Assembly: GCA_041484265.1 (NCBI GenBank)
Contig: JBGPHH010000003.1
Coordinates: 1 to 38,699, forward strand
DNA from: Vicinamibacteria bacterium
Lineage (GTDB): Bacteria; Acidobacteriota; Vicinamibacteria; Vicinamibacterales; CAVVIG01
Direction: 5' to 3'
Length of the DNA stretch: 38,699 nucleotides
Positions within the stretch are counted from its first letter, which is position 1; every line of letters starts with the position of its first letter. Both the position numbers and the translations under genes were made by a program. The notes under the pieces are model-generated. The model saw nothing but the letters and a program-made list of their open reading frames with translations. It was not told the DNA's origin and did no database searches. Of this stretch, positions 25,224-34,205 are shown piece after piece.

Positions 25224-27668
25224 ATGTCCGCAATCGTGGCCTGGGCGCATCGCCACCGCGCGCTCGTGGTCGGTCTGGTGCTCGGCGCGCTGGTCGGCGC
25301 TATCGCCGGCGCGCGGCGGCTGACCTTTGACGCCGACGTGCTGTCGCTACTGCCGCGCGACAGCGCCGTCGTTCAGTCCTTCCGCCAGTTTCTCGCCCGC
25401 TTCGGAAGCCTGGATCAACTGTACGTGGTGTTCACCGCGCCCGAAGGGCATGCGGTCTCGGAGTACAACACCGAGATCAACCTGTGGGTCGACCGCCTTC
25501 GATCGGCTCCTGAGATAGCCCGTGTCGATGCGGGCGTCGCCGACCGCACGCGTGACTTTGGCTGGCTCGCCGACCGTCAGCTGCTCGTGTTGCAGGGGCG
25601 CTCGCTCGACGAGGCGCTGCGGCGACTGCGACCGGAAGGCATGGGAAACGCCGTGGCCGCCAGGCGCGAGCTGCTGACCGTACCCTCGACGGACGTCGCC
25701 GAACTGATCCGTCAGGACCCGGCCGGACTCTTCGATGTCTTGCGCGACGCACTCGGGGGCGCACAGGCCGGCTCCATGCTCGGCGTGTCCGAGAACGGCT
25801 ACGTGACGGCGGACGGCCACAGCCGGCTGGTGATCGCGCGGCCCAAGAGGCCGCCCTACGACGCGGCGTTTTCGCGAGCGCTCGACGCCCGGCTGCGCGA
25901 GATCCAAACGTCGATGCGCTCGAGCGGCGCGACGCCGCACGAGAGCGACGCCGACTCGTTGCCGCCGCTCACCGTGGTGTTCGCCGGCGGCCATCGCATC
26001 GCGGTCGAGACGGAAGCCTTCGTCCGGCGAGAGAGCATCATGAATACGGTTGGATCGCTCGCCATGATCCTGCCCCTCTTGTTTGTCGTCTTCCGGAGTT
26101 TCTGGCTGGTCGTGGTCGGCTCGCTCCCGTCGGCGCTCTCCCTCGTCATGACTCTTGGCGTGCTCGGATTCAGCGGCGCGCGGTTGTCGGCTGCGGCGAC
26201 CGGCGCCGCCGCGATGCTCTTCGGTCTTGGTGTCGACGGCGTGGTGCTGCTGTACGTCGCCTATCGATCGGCGATTGCCGAGAACCCCTCGGCCGATGTG
26301 CCGGCAGCGATTTCCGGGCCATCCACCAGCATGCTCCTCGGGATGTGGACGACGGCCGCGACATTTTACGGATTGATCTTCGTCGACTTCCCCAGCCTGC
26401 AGCAGCTCGGTCTGCTCATCGGTCACAGCATGGTGTTCTGCGGCCTGCTGACGCTGGTGATGGTGCCGGCGCTCCTGCCGCGCCGCCCGCCCGTGCGACG
26501 CGTGCGGCCGTTGCGGATGCCAGGCGTCGCCGCGTGGATCGAGCGCCGCCACCGTGTTGTGCTCGTCGCCGCGCTCGTCTGCACCGCCGTCCTGGGCTAT
26601 TTTGCGACGCGCATCCGGATCGATCCGACCCTTGATCGCCTCCGCTCCACAACCGAGGCCGCGCAGCTCGAAACGAAGATCGGCACGGCGTTCGGTCTTC
26701 CGGGCGATGTGTCCGTCGTGTTGGCGGAGGGGCCGCAACTCGAAACGCTGCTGCAGACTAGTGAAGAACTGGCGCGGAGGCTCGAGGGCGAGCTTCCCGG
26801 CCTTGCGTTTGCGTCGCCGAGCCGGCTGCTGCCGTCGGCCGCGATGCAGGCACGCACGGCCGCGCACATTGCGCGAGCGGGACTCTCGCCGGCGACCGTG
26901 CGTCAGACCCTCGAAGCCGCCCGAGTCGCCAACGGGTTCACGCCGGGCGCGTTCGATCCGTTCGCGGCGCGGCTGCCGCGCCTCCTTGACGGCGATGCGC
27001 GAATCACGTACGACGGCTATGTGTCGCACGGGTTGCAGGATGTGATCGACCGGTTCGTGGTCCACGACGGGGATCGCTGGACGCTCGCCACCTATATCTT
27101 TCCGTCCTCCGATGCACAAGCGACGCGCATTCACGCCATCGTTGACGCCGTCGACTCCACGCAGTCACTCACGGGGCTGGCCCTGGTCAACCGTGAGCTC
27201 TCCCGGCTCTTTCTCCCGCAATTCATCCGAGGTCTCGTCATTGGCAGCGTCATCGTCATCCTGCTTGTTGTCGCGGCGTTCCGGGATGTGAAGCTCTCGT
27301 TCTTCGCGCTGCTCCCGACAGCGATCGGCCTCGTCTGGACCGTCGGCGCACTGGCCATCGCCGGCGTCGAGCTGGATCTGTTCGCCGTTTTTGCAGTCGT
27401 CACCCTCGTCGGGATCGGGGTGGACTACGGCGTCCATCTGGTCCACCGGTACCAGGAGCGCGGCGACGCGACGAGCGCCACGGCGGAGCTCGCACCGGTC
27501 ATTCTGATCGCGGCCGCAATTACGCTCCTTGGCTACGGCACGCTGGTCACGTCCTCGTACCCTCCGCTTCGGTCGATCGGCCTCGTGTCCACGGTCAGCG
27601 TGGTCGCGCTGGCGGTGGCGTCGGTGTGTGTGCTGCCGGCGTTGCTCCTCAGACACGCGCGGCACTGA
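25224..27668 (+). CDS. MMPL/RND-family lipid exporter
   Basis: Two TM repeats with GLGVDGVV and GIGVDYGVHL motifs, large periplasmic loops, FPSLQQLG and YPPLRSIG. Confidence 0.9.
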   Translation: MSAIVAWAHRHRALVVGLVLGALVGAIAGARRLTFDADVLSLLPRDSAVVQSFRQFLARFGSLDQLYVVFTAPEGHAVSEYNTEINLWVDRLRSAPEIARVDAGVADRTRDFGWLADRQLLVLQGRSLDEALRRLRPEGMGNAVAARRELLTVPSTDVAELIRQDPAGLFDVLRDALGGAQAGSMLGVSENGYVTADGHSRLVIARPKRPPYDAAFSRALDARLREIQTSMRSSGATPHESDADSLPPLTVVFAGGHRIAVETEAFVRRESIMNTVGSLAMILPLLFVVFRSFWLVVVGSLPSALSLVMTLGVLGFSGARLSAAATGAAAMLFGLGVDGVVLLYVAYRSAIAENPSADVPAAISGPSTSMLLGMWTTAATFYGLIFVDFPSLQQLGLLIGHSMVFCGLLTLVMVPALLPRRPPVRRVRPLRMPGVAAWIERRHRVVLVAALVCTAVLGYFATRIRIDPTLDRLRSTTEAAQLETKIGTAFGLPGDVSVVLAEGPQLETLLQTSEELARRLEGELPGLAFASPSRLLPSAAMQARTAAHIARAGLSPATVRQTLEAARVANGFTPGAFDPFAARLPRLLDGDARITYDGYVSHGLQDVIDRFVVHDGDRWTLATYIFPSSDAQATRIHAIVDAVDSTQSLTGLALVNRELSRLFLPQFIRGLVIGSVIVILLVVAAFRDVKLSFFALLPTAIGLVWTVGALAIAGVELDLFAVFAVVTLVGIGVDYGVHLVHRYQERGDATSATAELAPVILIAAAITLLGYGTLVTSSYPPLRSIGLVSTVSVVALAVASVCVLPALLLRHARH

Positions 27669-27670
27669 CC

Positions 27671-28342
27671 ATGCGGGCAGTCGCACTGATCCCGGCCTTC
27701 AACGAAGCGCACGCGATCGCCGACGTCGTCACGGGGCTGCGCGGCATCGTCTCGCACGTCCTGGTCGTGGACGATGGGTCGACCGACCAGACGGCGGAGA
27801 GAGCGCGGGCGGCAGGGGCGGAGGTCGTGTCGCACGAGTCGAACTGCGGAAAGGGCCAGGCGGTGCGGACCGGCCTCGCGCATGTCTTCGACGGCGATTT
27901 TTCGCACGTGCTGCTCCTCGACGGAGACATGCAGCATCGGCCGAGCGAGGCCGCGCGGCTGCTCGACGCCGCGGATCGGACCGGCGCCGATCTGGTGCTT
28001 GGCGAGCGGCAGTTCAGTCGCGAGCGCATGCCGGCGGCCCGCTATCACGCGAATCGGATCGGCAGCCGGGCTCTGTCGTGGTTCGTCGGCGCTCCCGTGC
28101 AGGACTCCCAATGCGGGTTCCGCGTGTGCCGGCTCGACGCGCTGCGACACCTGCCGCTCAGGGCGCGCGGCTACGACATCGAAACAGAGATGCTCGTGAA
28201 GCTCCGTCGGAAAGGTGCGCGGCTGGAGCGCATCCCGATCACGGCGGTCTATGCCGCCGAGCGCAGCAACCTTCGTCCGGTCCGCGATACGACGCGGACC
28301 TGTTTTCTGGCGGTGTACTATCGGTTCCTCGAACGCATCTGA
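27671..28342 (+). CDS. Glycosyltransferase family 2 (DPM-synthase-like)
   Basis: LIPAFNE, VVDDGSTD, NCGKGQA, LDGDMQH, DSQCGFR. Confidence 0.92.
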   Translation: MRAVALIPAFNEAHAIADVVTGLRGIVSHVLVVDDGSTDQTAERARAAGAEVVSHESNCGKGQAVRTGLAHVFDGDFSHVLLLDGDMQHRPSEAARLLDAADRTGADLVLGERQFSRERMPAARYHANRIGSRALSWFVGAPVQDSQCGFRVCRLDALRHLPLRARGYDIETEMLVKLRRKGARLERIPITAVYAAERSNLRPVRDTTRTCFLAVYYRFLERI

Positions 28343-28358
28343 CGAACCCGCGGGCACC

Positions 28359-29327
28359 GTGCCTGTGTCGCAGGAAGCGGCGCGTAGGACGATCGAGCCG
28401 CGCCGGTGGACGCTGCACGGCCTCAACAACGGCGCGATTTTCAGGACGACGTGCGCCGCCGTGCGCGTTCTGCCGAAAGCCGTGTCGTATGCGATCGGTG
28501 ACGGCGCCACCTGGGTGGCGTTCGGTCTCATGCCGGCGACGCGCGCGGCGATCGCAGACAACCTGCGGGCGGTGTTTCCGGAGGACTCCCCCCGAGCGCT
28601 CGAGCGCCGCGCCCGGCGAACATTACAAGCCTACGCGCGCGATACGATCGATTTCCTTCGCGCGCTCTCGCTCGACGGCGAGCGCGCGACGGCGCTGTTC
28701 GAGCCGCCGCCTGAGTATCTGCCGCGAATCAACCAGGTGCTCGCGCAGGGTCGCGGCGCGATTCTCGTCACCGGTCACTACGGCAATTGGGAGATTGGCA
28801 GTGTGCTCATGAGCCGGGTGCTGCACCTGCCTCTGGCGATCGTCGCCATGGCCGAGGCGAGCGCGGACGTAAACCGGCGGCGACGGGAGATCCGCGATCG
28901 GCTGGGCGTCGATACCATCGAGGTCCGCCAATCCCTCGACACCGCCCTGCAGATCCGGCGGCGGCTCTCCGACAACGGCATCGTCGCGATGTTGATGGAT
29001 CGGCACCTGGGTCGGGATCGCGTGCAGGTGACGCTGCTCGGGCGACCGGCCTGGTTCCTGCGGACGCCGGCACTGATGGGGTACCTGTGTGGCGCACCGC
29101 TGATGCCCTGCTTCATCCAACGCACGGAGGGCCACCCCCCCTTTTCGTGCCTTCTCGGAGATCCGATCGTGGTGGCGACCGATCGACCGCGCGACGAAGC
29201 CATTCAGCAGGCCACGCAGCAGTTTGCGGATCAGTTGAGCGCGCGCATCCGGCAGCACCCCGAGTACTGGTATCAGTTCTATCGATACTGGGATGCGCAG
29301 CAGGATTCGTACGAAGGGCTCGCCTGA
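28359..29327 (+). CDS. Lysophospholipid / lipid A lauroyl-type acyltransferase (LpxL/HtrB family)
   Basis: VTGHYGNWE (HxxxxE), LMDR, IRQHPEYWYQFYRYW. Start approximate. Confidence 0.88.
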   Translation: MPVSQEAARRTIEPRRWTLHGLNNGAIFRTTCAAVRVLPKAVSYAIGDGATWVAFGLMPATRAAIADNLRAVFPEDSPRALERRARRTLQAYARDTIDFLRALSLDGERATALFEPPPEYLPRINQVLAQGRGAILVTGHYGNWEIGSVLMSRVLHLPLAIVAMAEASADVNRRRREIRDRLGVDTIEVRQSLDTALQIRRRLSDNGIVAMLMDRHLGRDRVQVTLLGRPAWFLRTPALMGYLCGAPLMPCFIQRTEGHPPFSCLLGDPIVVATDRPRDEAIQQATQQFADQLSARIRQHPEYWYQFYRYWDAQQDSYEGLA

Positions 29328-29342
29328 GGGCGGACATCCGTC

Positions 29343-30380
29343 ATGGACCCCATCTCACACGCGATCTTCGGACAAACGGTGGCGACGGCGCTCGGCCGAC
29401 AGGCGTCGCCCCTCCGGGGCCGCGTGATGGCCGGTGTCCTCGGTGCCCTCGCGCCTGACGCGGATGCCGTGTTGATGCCGTTCGGCTGGGACATCTACCT
29501 TCGCGCCCACGAAGTCGGCACGCACTCCCTCGCCGGTAGCGTTGCCGTCGCAGCTGCCGCCGCGCTCATCGCCCGCGCCTTTGCCCGCGATAGCCGGTCG
29601 TCCGACCTGTTCGCCGCGGCGTGGCTCGGTTGTCTCAGCCACATCGCGCTCGACCTCGTGTCGGGTGCGCGCCTCCAGATTGCGTGGCCGTTCGTGACGG
29701 GGCACGTCGGCCTGCCGCTCGTCGCGATGGCAGAGCCGTGGCTCCTGGCCATCTTCGCGGTCGGCGCGGTCGCGCTGGCGATGATGCGGCATCGCCCCCG
29801 CGGGACCGCTTTCGGCGTTGTTGCCGGCGTCGCGGCATTCCTTGGCGTGAAGGCGGTGCTGCTGGCACGCGCGCTGCCCGATTCAAGCGTGGTTTCGCGC
29901 ATCGAGCAGAGTCCGCTGCTCACGCGGATTGTCGAAGCGCGATGGGCGAGCCTGACCGAGTGGTACATGTTCGATCGCCGCGCGGACTCGTTGACCGAGT
30001 GGCAGATCGAGGCCGGACGGTCTCCGATCCTCCTGCTGTCATGGCCAGTGGTGGCGGACTCGCCCCTGGTCCACGACTCGCGCTCGCTCGGCACGGTGCG
30101 GAATTTTCTCGACGTGCACGAGGTCGCCTTCGCGGGCGAGATACCGGCTGGCGACGAGGGGTCGACGGTGCTCTGGTCCGATCTGCGATATTGCTGGCGG
30201 CCTGACGTGGCCGGCGGCGAGGCAAGCCCCGATCCGGTGTTCTCTGCGAGCACGCCGACTGGGCCGGCGCGAATCGCATGTGGGCTGTGGTTTGGCGGCG
30301 CCTTCGACCGGAAGGGCCGCGCGATTAGACAGCTTGTAAAGGTCGGTGGGTGGTGGCAGACGCGTGCGCCGGAACCGTAA
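29343..30380 (+). CDS. Membrane-bound metal-dependent hydrolase (YdjM/YbcI-like)
   Basis: MDPISHA, APDAD, HEVGTHSL, SHIALD, WPF. Confidence 0.8.
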   Translation: MDPISHAIFGQTVATALGRQASPLRGRVMAGVLGALAPDADAVLMPFGWDIYLRAHEVGTHSLAGSVAVAAAAALIARAFARDSRSSDLFAAAWLGCLSHIALDLVSGARLQIAWPFVTGHVGLPLVAMAEPWLLAIFAVGAVALAMMRHRPRGTAFGVVAGVAAFLGVKAVLLARALPDSSVVSRIEQSPLLTRIVEARWASLTEWYMFDRRADSLTEWQIEAGRSPILLLSWPVVADSPLVHDSRSLGTVRNFLDVHEVAFAGEIPAGDEGSTVLWSDLRYCWRPDVAGGEASPDPVFSASTPTGPARIACGLWFGGAFDRKGRAIRQLVKVGGWWQTRAPEP

Positions 30381-31485
30381 CCCGGAAGAGCACGTTGGCG
30401 AACGGCGTGCCCGCACCCATCGGCCGCACCTCTCCCGCCAATCCATGCGAGGCGAAACAGGCGAGCCACTCGTCGGGCGTGCGGAAATGAAACCGCTGTC
30501 GCCAGCGACCAAACGCTAGCGCCTTCACCCTGTTTCCAAGACGCAGGACGGCGAACCGCCAGCCGCCAGACGCGTCGGCTTCACGGATGAGCACCACACC
30601 GCCGGGTTCGAGCGCAGCAGAGACGGTCGCCAGGAGCGCTTCCTGCTCGTGGACCCGCAGCAAATGCAGCACGTCGAAAAGCAGCACGGCTCGGCACGGC
30701 CCGATATCCGCCGTGCGAGCGTCGCCATGCACGATGGTGGCGTCCGATCCAAGCGCCTCCCGTGCTACGGCGGCGGGACGCGACCGCGTTTCGATGCCGA
30801 TCAGGCGGTCGAACTGAGGCGGCCGATTCCAGCCGGCTGGCCAGAACCCCTTGCTGTACCTCGCTCGTGCCTCGGCGAGCATTGCCAGCGCCAGTCCGCC
30901 GCCGCAGCCAATGTCCACGAGCGTGCCGCCAGAAGGCAGCAGCGCTCCGCAGACTGTCGCTCGATACAGTGGGTCGCCACGCAGTTTGCCGCGTGCGAAC
31001 TCCCAGGCGGTAATGCTCGCCGTCGTATAGCGATCCGACGCGTCGTGCACCAGATCGAGGAACACGGCATCGTTCACGGTTCCCCGGATCGAGAGGTACG
31101 TGACCAGCCCGAGCGCCGCACCGAGCGTCGCGCCGAGCGCCAGGCTGCCGGCGAGAATGTCGAGGGCGAAAACGGACAGGTCGGTGGTCTTCGCGGTCTG
31201 CAGCGTCAGCGCGTGAAAGGCCCCGCGCCGGAGCCAGGCGCCGGTCTGCAATTCAGTGAAGAGCAGCGTAGGCGCGACGAGGGGATTCGAAATGTTTGCA
31301 GCGAGATAGGTCTTCAGCCGGTTCAATCCGAACAGCCAGCCGGTGATCCAGCACAGCAGCAGGTGGAAGCCGTAGAACGGCAGACACCCGATGAAGAACC
31401 CGACGCCGACGGCCGTGGCCTCGCGGCCAGCGCCCGCGCCCTCCGTGCGAAGGCCGTAAAACAACCGTCGAACGGTTGCGCGCAT
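30325..31485 (-). CDS. DUF2062 membrane domain fused to a class I SAM-dependent methyltransferase
   Basis: N-terminal VGFFIGCLPFYGFH...LNR...ANISNP (DUF2062); C-terminal KLRGDP, LVDIGCGGG, FDVLHLL, LEPGG. Confidence 0.8.
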   Translation of the reverse strand: MRATVRRLFYGLRTEGAGAGREATAVGVGFFIGCLPFYGFHLLLCWITGWLFGLNRLKTYLAANISNPLVAPTLLFTELQTGAWLRRGAFHALTLQTAKTTDLSVFALDILAGSLALGATLGAALGLVTYLSIRGTVNDAVFLDLVHDASDRYTTASITAWEFARGKLRGDPLYRATVCGALLPSGGTLVDIGCGGGLALAMLAEARARYSKGFWPAGWNRPPQFDRLIGIETRSRPAAVAREALGSDATIVHGDARTADIGPCRAVLLFDVLHLLRVHEQEALLATVSAALEPGGVVLIREADASGGWRFAVLRLGNRVKALAFGRWRQRFHFRTPDEWLACFASHGLAGEVRPMGAGTPFANVLFRVTVPAHASATTHRPLQAV

Positions 31486-31506
31486 CGCGTCATTGTGCCA
31501 TGCGCG

Positions 31507-31917
31507 TTAACTCGCGAGCGTCAGGCTGCCGGACGCGACGAGCCGACCGTCGGCGGTGACCTCGCCTTCGATCTTGATCAAACGTCCCAGCCTGCCGACG
31601 ACGCGCGCGCGCGCCTCGAGGACTTCGCCGGGGCCCGCCGCAGCAGGGAACTTGCAGGGACCGATTCCCGCGATGTGCAGCGCCACCGGCGTGGCCTCGT
31701 CAAACGCGCTGGCCGCGGCGATGCCGCCGGCCTGTGCCAGCATTTCCACCAGAATCACGGCGGGCACCACGGGCCGGCCGGGAAAGTGGCCCTGAAAATA
31801 GAAGTCGTCTGCGGCGGCCGTTCGTCGTCCGACGGCGCTCACTCCGGGCGTGACGTCAGTCACAGCCTCCAGCAGCCGCATCGGCGGGTGATGCGGAAGT
31901 CGATCGAGCCATGTCAT
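31507..31917 (-). CDS. 3-hydroxyacyl-ACP dehydratase (FabZ/FabA hot-dog fold)
   Basis: LPHHPPMRLL, FQGHFPGRPVVPAVILVEMLAQ (His/Glu catalytic pair). Confidence 0.9.
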   Translation of the reverse strand: MTWLDRLPHHPPMRLLEAVTDVTPGVSAVGRRTAAADDFYFQGHFPGRPVVPAVILVEMLAQAGGIAAASAFDEATPVALHIAGIGPCKFPAAAGPGEVLEARARVVGRLGRLIKIEGEVTADGRLVASGSLTLAS

Positions 31918-31928
31918 CGCGGGGCCAC

Positions 31929-31936
31929 AGTATACT
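31929..31936. promoter_or_regulatory. Palindromic bidirectional -10 element AGTATACT between the divergent dehydratase and AMP-ligase genes
   Basis: TATACT on both strands, 9 and 11 nt from the two start codons, in a 28-nt intergenic gap with no SD sequence. Confidence 0.5.
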
Positions 31937-31945
31937 TTCCAGCTC

Positions 31946-33391
31946 GTGAAGGCCATCGTCGATCGGTTCGCCGGCGTCCGCCGCAGCGATCCTCAGCGAC
32001 CCCTCATCCATCTGCCCACCACGAATCGGACGCTGACGGCATCCGACGTCGACGACCGCTGTCGGCAGTATCAGCATCTGCTCGCGTCGATGGGCATCGA
32101 GGCCGGCGACCTGGTGCTGTCTGCGAGCGGCAACCGCGCTGGAACCTTTCCCCTTCTGCTCGCCTGTTGGACGATCGGTGCCCCGGTTCTTCCGGTCGAC
32201 GGCGCGACGCCCATCGCCGAGGTGCTCGAGCTCGCCGAGCAGTTCCATGCGTCAGCCGTCGTGGTGCCGACAAGGGTGGCCGACGGATCGAGTGTTCGAC
32301 CGCTCGACCATGAGCTGTCGGTGCTTTCGCGGGATGCGTCGCCCGACCCGTCGTATCGCGGCGCGGCACTCCTGAAACTGACATCCGGATCGACCGGTGT
32401 GCCCAAGGCCGTGCTCGCGACGGAGGTGCAGCTGGTAGCCGACACCGAACACCTCGTGTCCGCGATGGGTATCACCGCCGCTGACGTGCAGCTGGCGGCC
32501 ATTCCACTCTCGCATACATACGCGTTCGGGACGCTCGTGATGCCACTGCTGCTCCAAGGGACGTCGATCGTGCTCCGCGAGTCGTTCGTGCCGCAGGAGC
32601 TTGTGGCCGACGCCCGGCAGTATGGGGCGCGGGCGTTTCACGGCGTGCCATTCATGTATCAACACTACCTCGCGCATCCGCCGGCCGGCGGCTGGCCGCC
32701 CACGCTGACGCTCCTGGTATCTGCGGGCGCCCGCCTCGCACTCGAGACCGTCCGCGGCTTTTACGAGCGTTTTGGCCTGAAGATCCACTCGCTCTACGGC
32801 ACGACTGAAACGGGCGGCATCACGTTCGACACCGACGACGATCGGGACGATGTGCCCACGGTCGGCCGGCCACTATCAGAAGTAACGATCGACCTGCGGC
32901 CGGACGCGGGCGTGCCCCCGGGGCACGGCCGCATCCACGTGCGCGGCCCGGCCGTGTGTCCACGATATGTCGGCGACGCCGCTGAGAGCGGCGAACTGAG
33001 CGTCGGAGGCTTTCTGACAGGCGACTACGGGCGCCTGCTCGCTGACGGCCGGCTCGTCCTGGCCGGCCGCGTGTCGTCGTTCATCAATGTCGCGGGACGC
33101 AAGGTGCAGCCGGGTGAGGTCGAGCGCGTCTTGCGAGAAATGGACGGCGTCGCCGATGCGCGAGTGTTGGCAGCCACCGACGTGGCGCGCGGGGAACAGG
33201 TCACGGCAGTCGTCGCCGGACCGCCCGGCCTGACACTCGCAGCGGTCCGGCAGCACTGCACCCGCCGGCTGGCGGCGTACAAGATCCCGAGAATCGTGGT
33301 GGTCGTCGACCGGTTGCCACTGACGTCCAGGGGGAAAACGGACTACCGCGCGCTCGATGCGCTCGTGAGAGCGCACCGGACAGTTCAATAG
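31946..33391 (+). CDS. Adenylate-forming acyl-CoA/acyl-ACP ligase (probable starter-loading enzyme)
   Basis: LTSGSTGVPK, YGTTETG, GFLTGDYG, GR..FINVAGRKV.P.EVE, LPLTSRGK. Confidence 0.9.
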   Translation: MKAIVDRFAGVRRSDPQRPLIHLPTTNRTLTASDVDDRCRQYQHLLASMGIEAGDLVLSASGNRAGTFPLLLACWTIGAPVLPVDGATPIAEVLELAEQFHASAVVVPTRVADGSSVRPLDHELSVLSRDASPDPSYRGAALLKLTSGSTGVPKAVLATEVQLVADTEHLVSAMGITAADVQLAAIPLSHTYAFGTLVMPLLLQGTSIVLRESFVPQELVADARQYGARAFHGVPFMYQHYLAHPPAGGWPPTLTLLVSAGARLALETVRGFYERFGLKIHSLYGTTETGGITFDTDDDRDDVPTVGRPLSEVTIDLRPDAGVPPGHGRIHVRGPAVCPRYVGDAAESGELSVGGFLTGDYGRLLADGRLVLAGRVSSFINVAGRKVQPGEVERVLREMDGVADARVLAATDVARGEQVTAVVAGPPGLTLAAVRQHCTRRLAAYKIPRIVVVVDRLPLTSRGKTDYRALDALVRAHRTVQ

Positions 33392-34074
33392 ACGTAGGGG
33401 ACAAGGCGCCAGCGCACGCGGACCGCATAGCGCGCGTACTCCTCACCGAACAGACCCGCGAGCGACCGTTCCTCCATCGGAACGGCCACCAACACGTAGA
33501 CGGACGTGACGACCGCGAACAGCAGGCGGTCGGCGGTCATGAGCGGCGTTCCGAACACACAGAGCAACCAACCGAGGTACAGAGGATGGCGCACCCACCG
33601 GTACGGACCACCGACGTGCAGCGCTCTTGATAGATCCGCGGATCTGATGCCGGCCAGCTCGAGTCCGTCGAGCTTCGCGACCGAGAACACAATCAATCCC
33701 AGGCCGGCGAGTTGAATCCCGGCGTGGCCGACAGCGAGCCATCCGCTCACCTGATAGACATGGCCGCCTATCGGCTGCCAGAGCGCCAGCACGAGAAACA
33801 GGAGCAGACTCGCCGTCCACACGTACACCGATCGGAGAAGTCGGTCGGGGACGACACGCGCCATCTGCGCTTTCACCCGTGGACGCGCGAACACGCTGTG
33901 ATGAAGCGCAAATAAGGCGAACAACAGGATGTCGCTCACTGCTGCCGTCATGTCGAAGGTCAGTCGTGTTGGCGTCTCCCACGTGACGAGATAGCGATAG
34001 ACACAGGCGGAGAGAGAGCCGGCGAAGAGCCCGCCGCCAATCCACACAAACACCCACTCAAGCAATCGGATCAT
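33385..34074 (-). CDS. ICMT/PEMT-family membrane methyltransferase, MddA/nurim-like
   Basis: FALHHSVFAR, RSVYVWTAS, WQPI, GPYRWVRHPLYLG, EERSL...GEEY..Y...V..RLVP. Confidence 0.72.
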   Translation of the reverse strand: MIRLLEWVFVWIGGGLFAGSLSACVYRYLVTWETPTRLTFDMTAAVSDILLFALFALHHSVFARPRVKAQMARVVPDRLLRSVYVWTASLLLFLVLALWQPIGGHVYQVSGWLAVGHAGIQLAGLGLIVFSVAKLDGLELAGIRSADLSRALHVGGPYRWVRHPLYLGWLLCVFGTPLMTADRLLFAVVTSVYVLVAVPMEERSLAGLFGEEYARYAVRVRWRLVPYVY

Positions 34075-34205
34075 TTGGACGTGATGCGGCAAGATTGTAA
34101 GCCGAGAATCGCGGGGAGTCGCAATGCTCGGCCCAAAGTGATTGCCTACTCGGGACTCCTCCGCGGTGCTATCATGCCGCCGACTGATGTGGGAGTAGAT
34201 GGCGT

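Noticed and set aside
25347-27134. 595-aa minus-strand ORF, and similar long Arg-rich ORFs such as 30649-32313, 19897-21042 and 4491-5516
   Set aside because: They lie opposite or across well-supported genes and have low-complexity Arg/Ala/Pro composition.
14057-33391. Ladderane cluster or primary fatty-acid synthesis as the explanation of the KS/ACP/rSAM genes
   Set aside because: No fabD/fabH/plsX context, only one B12-rSAM inside the cluster, and the CLF/MMPL/LolA/GT2/acyltransferase set fits aryl-polyene-type loci better.
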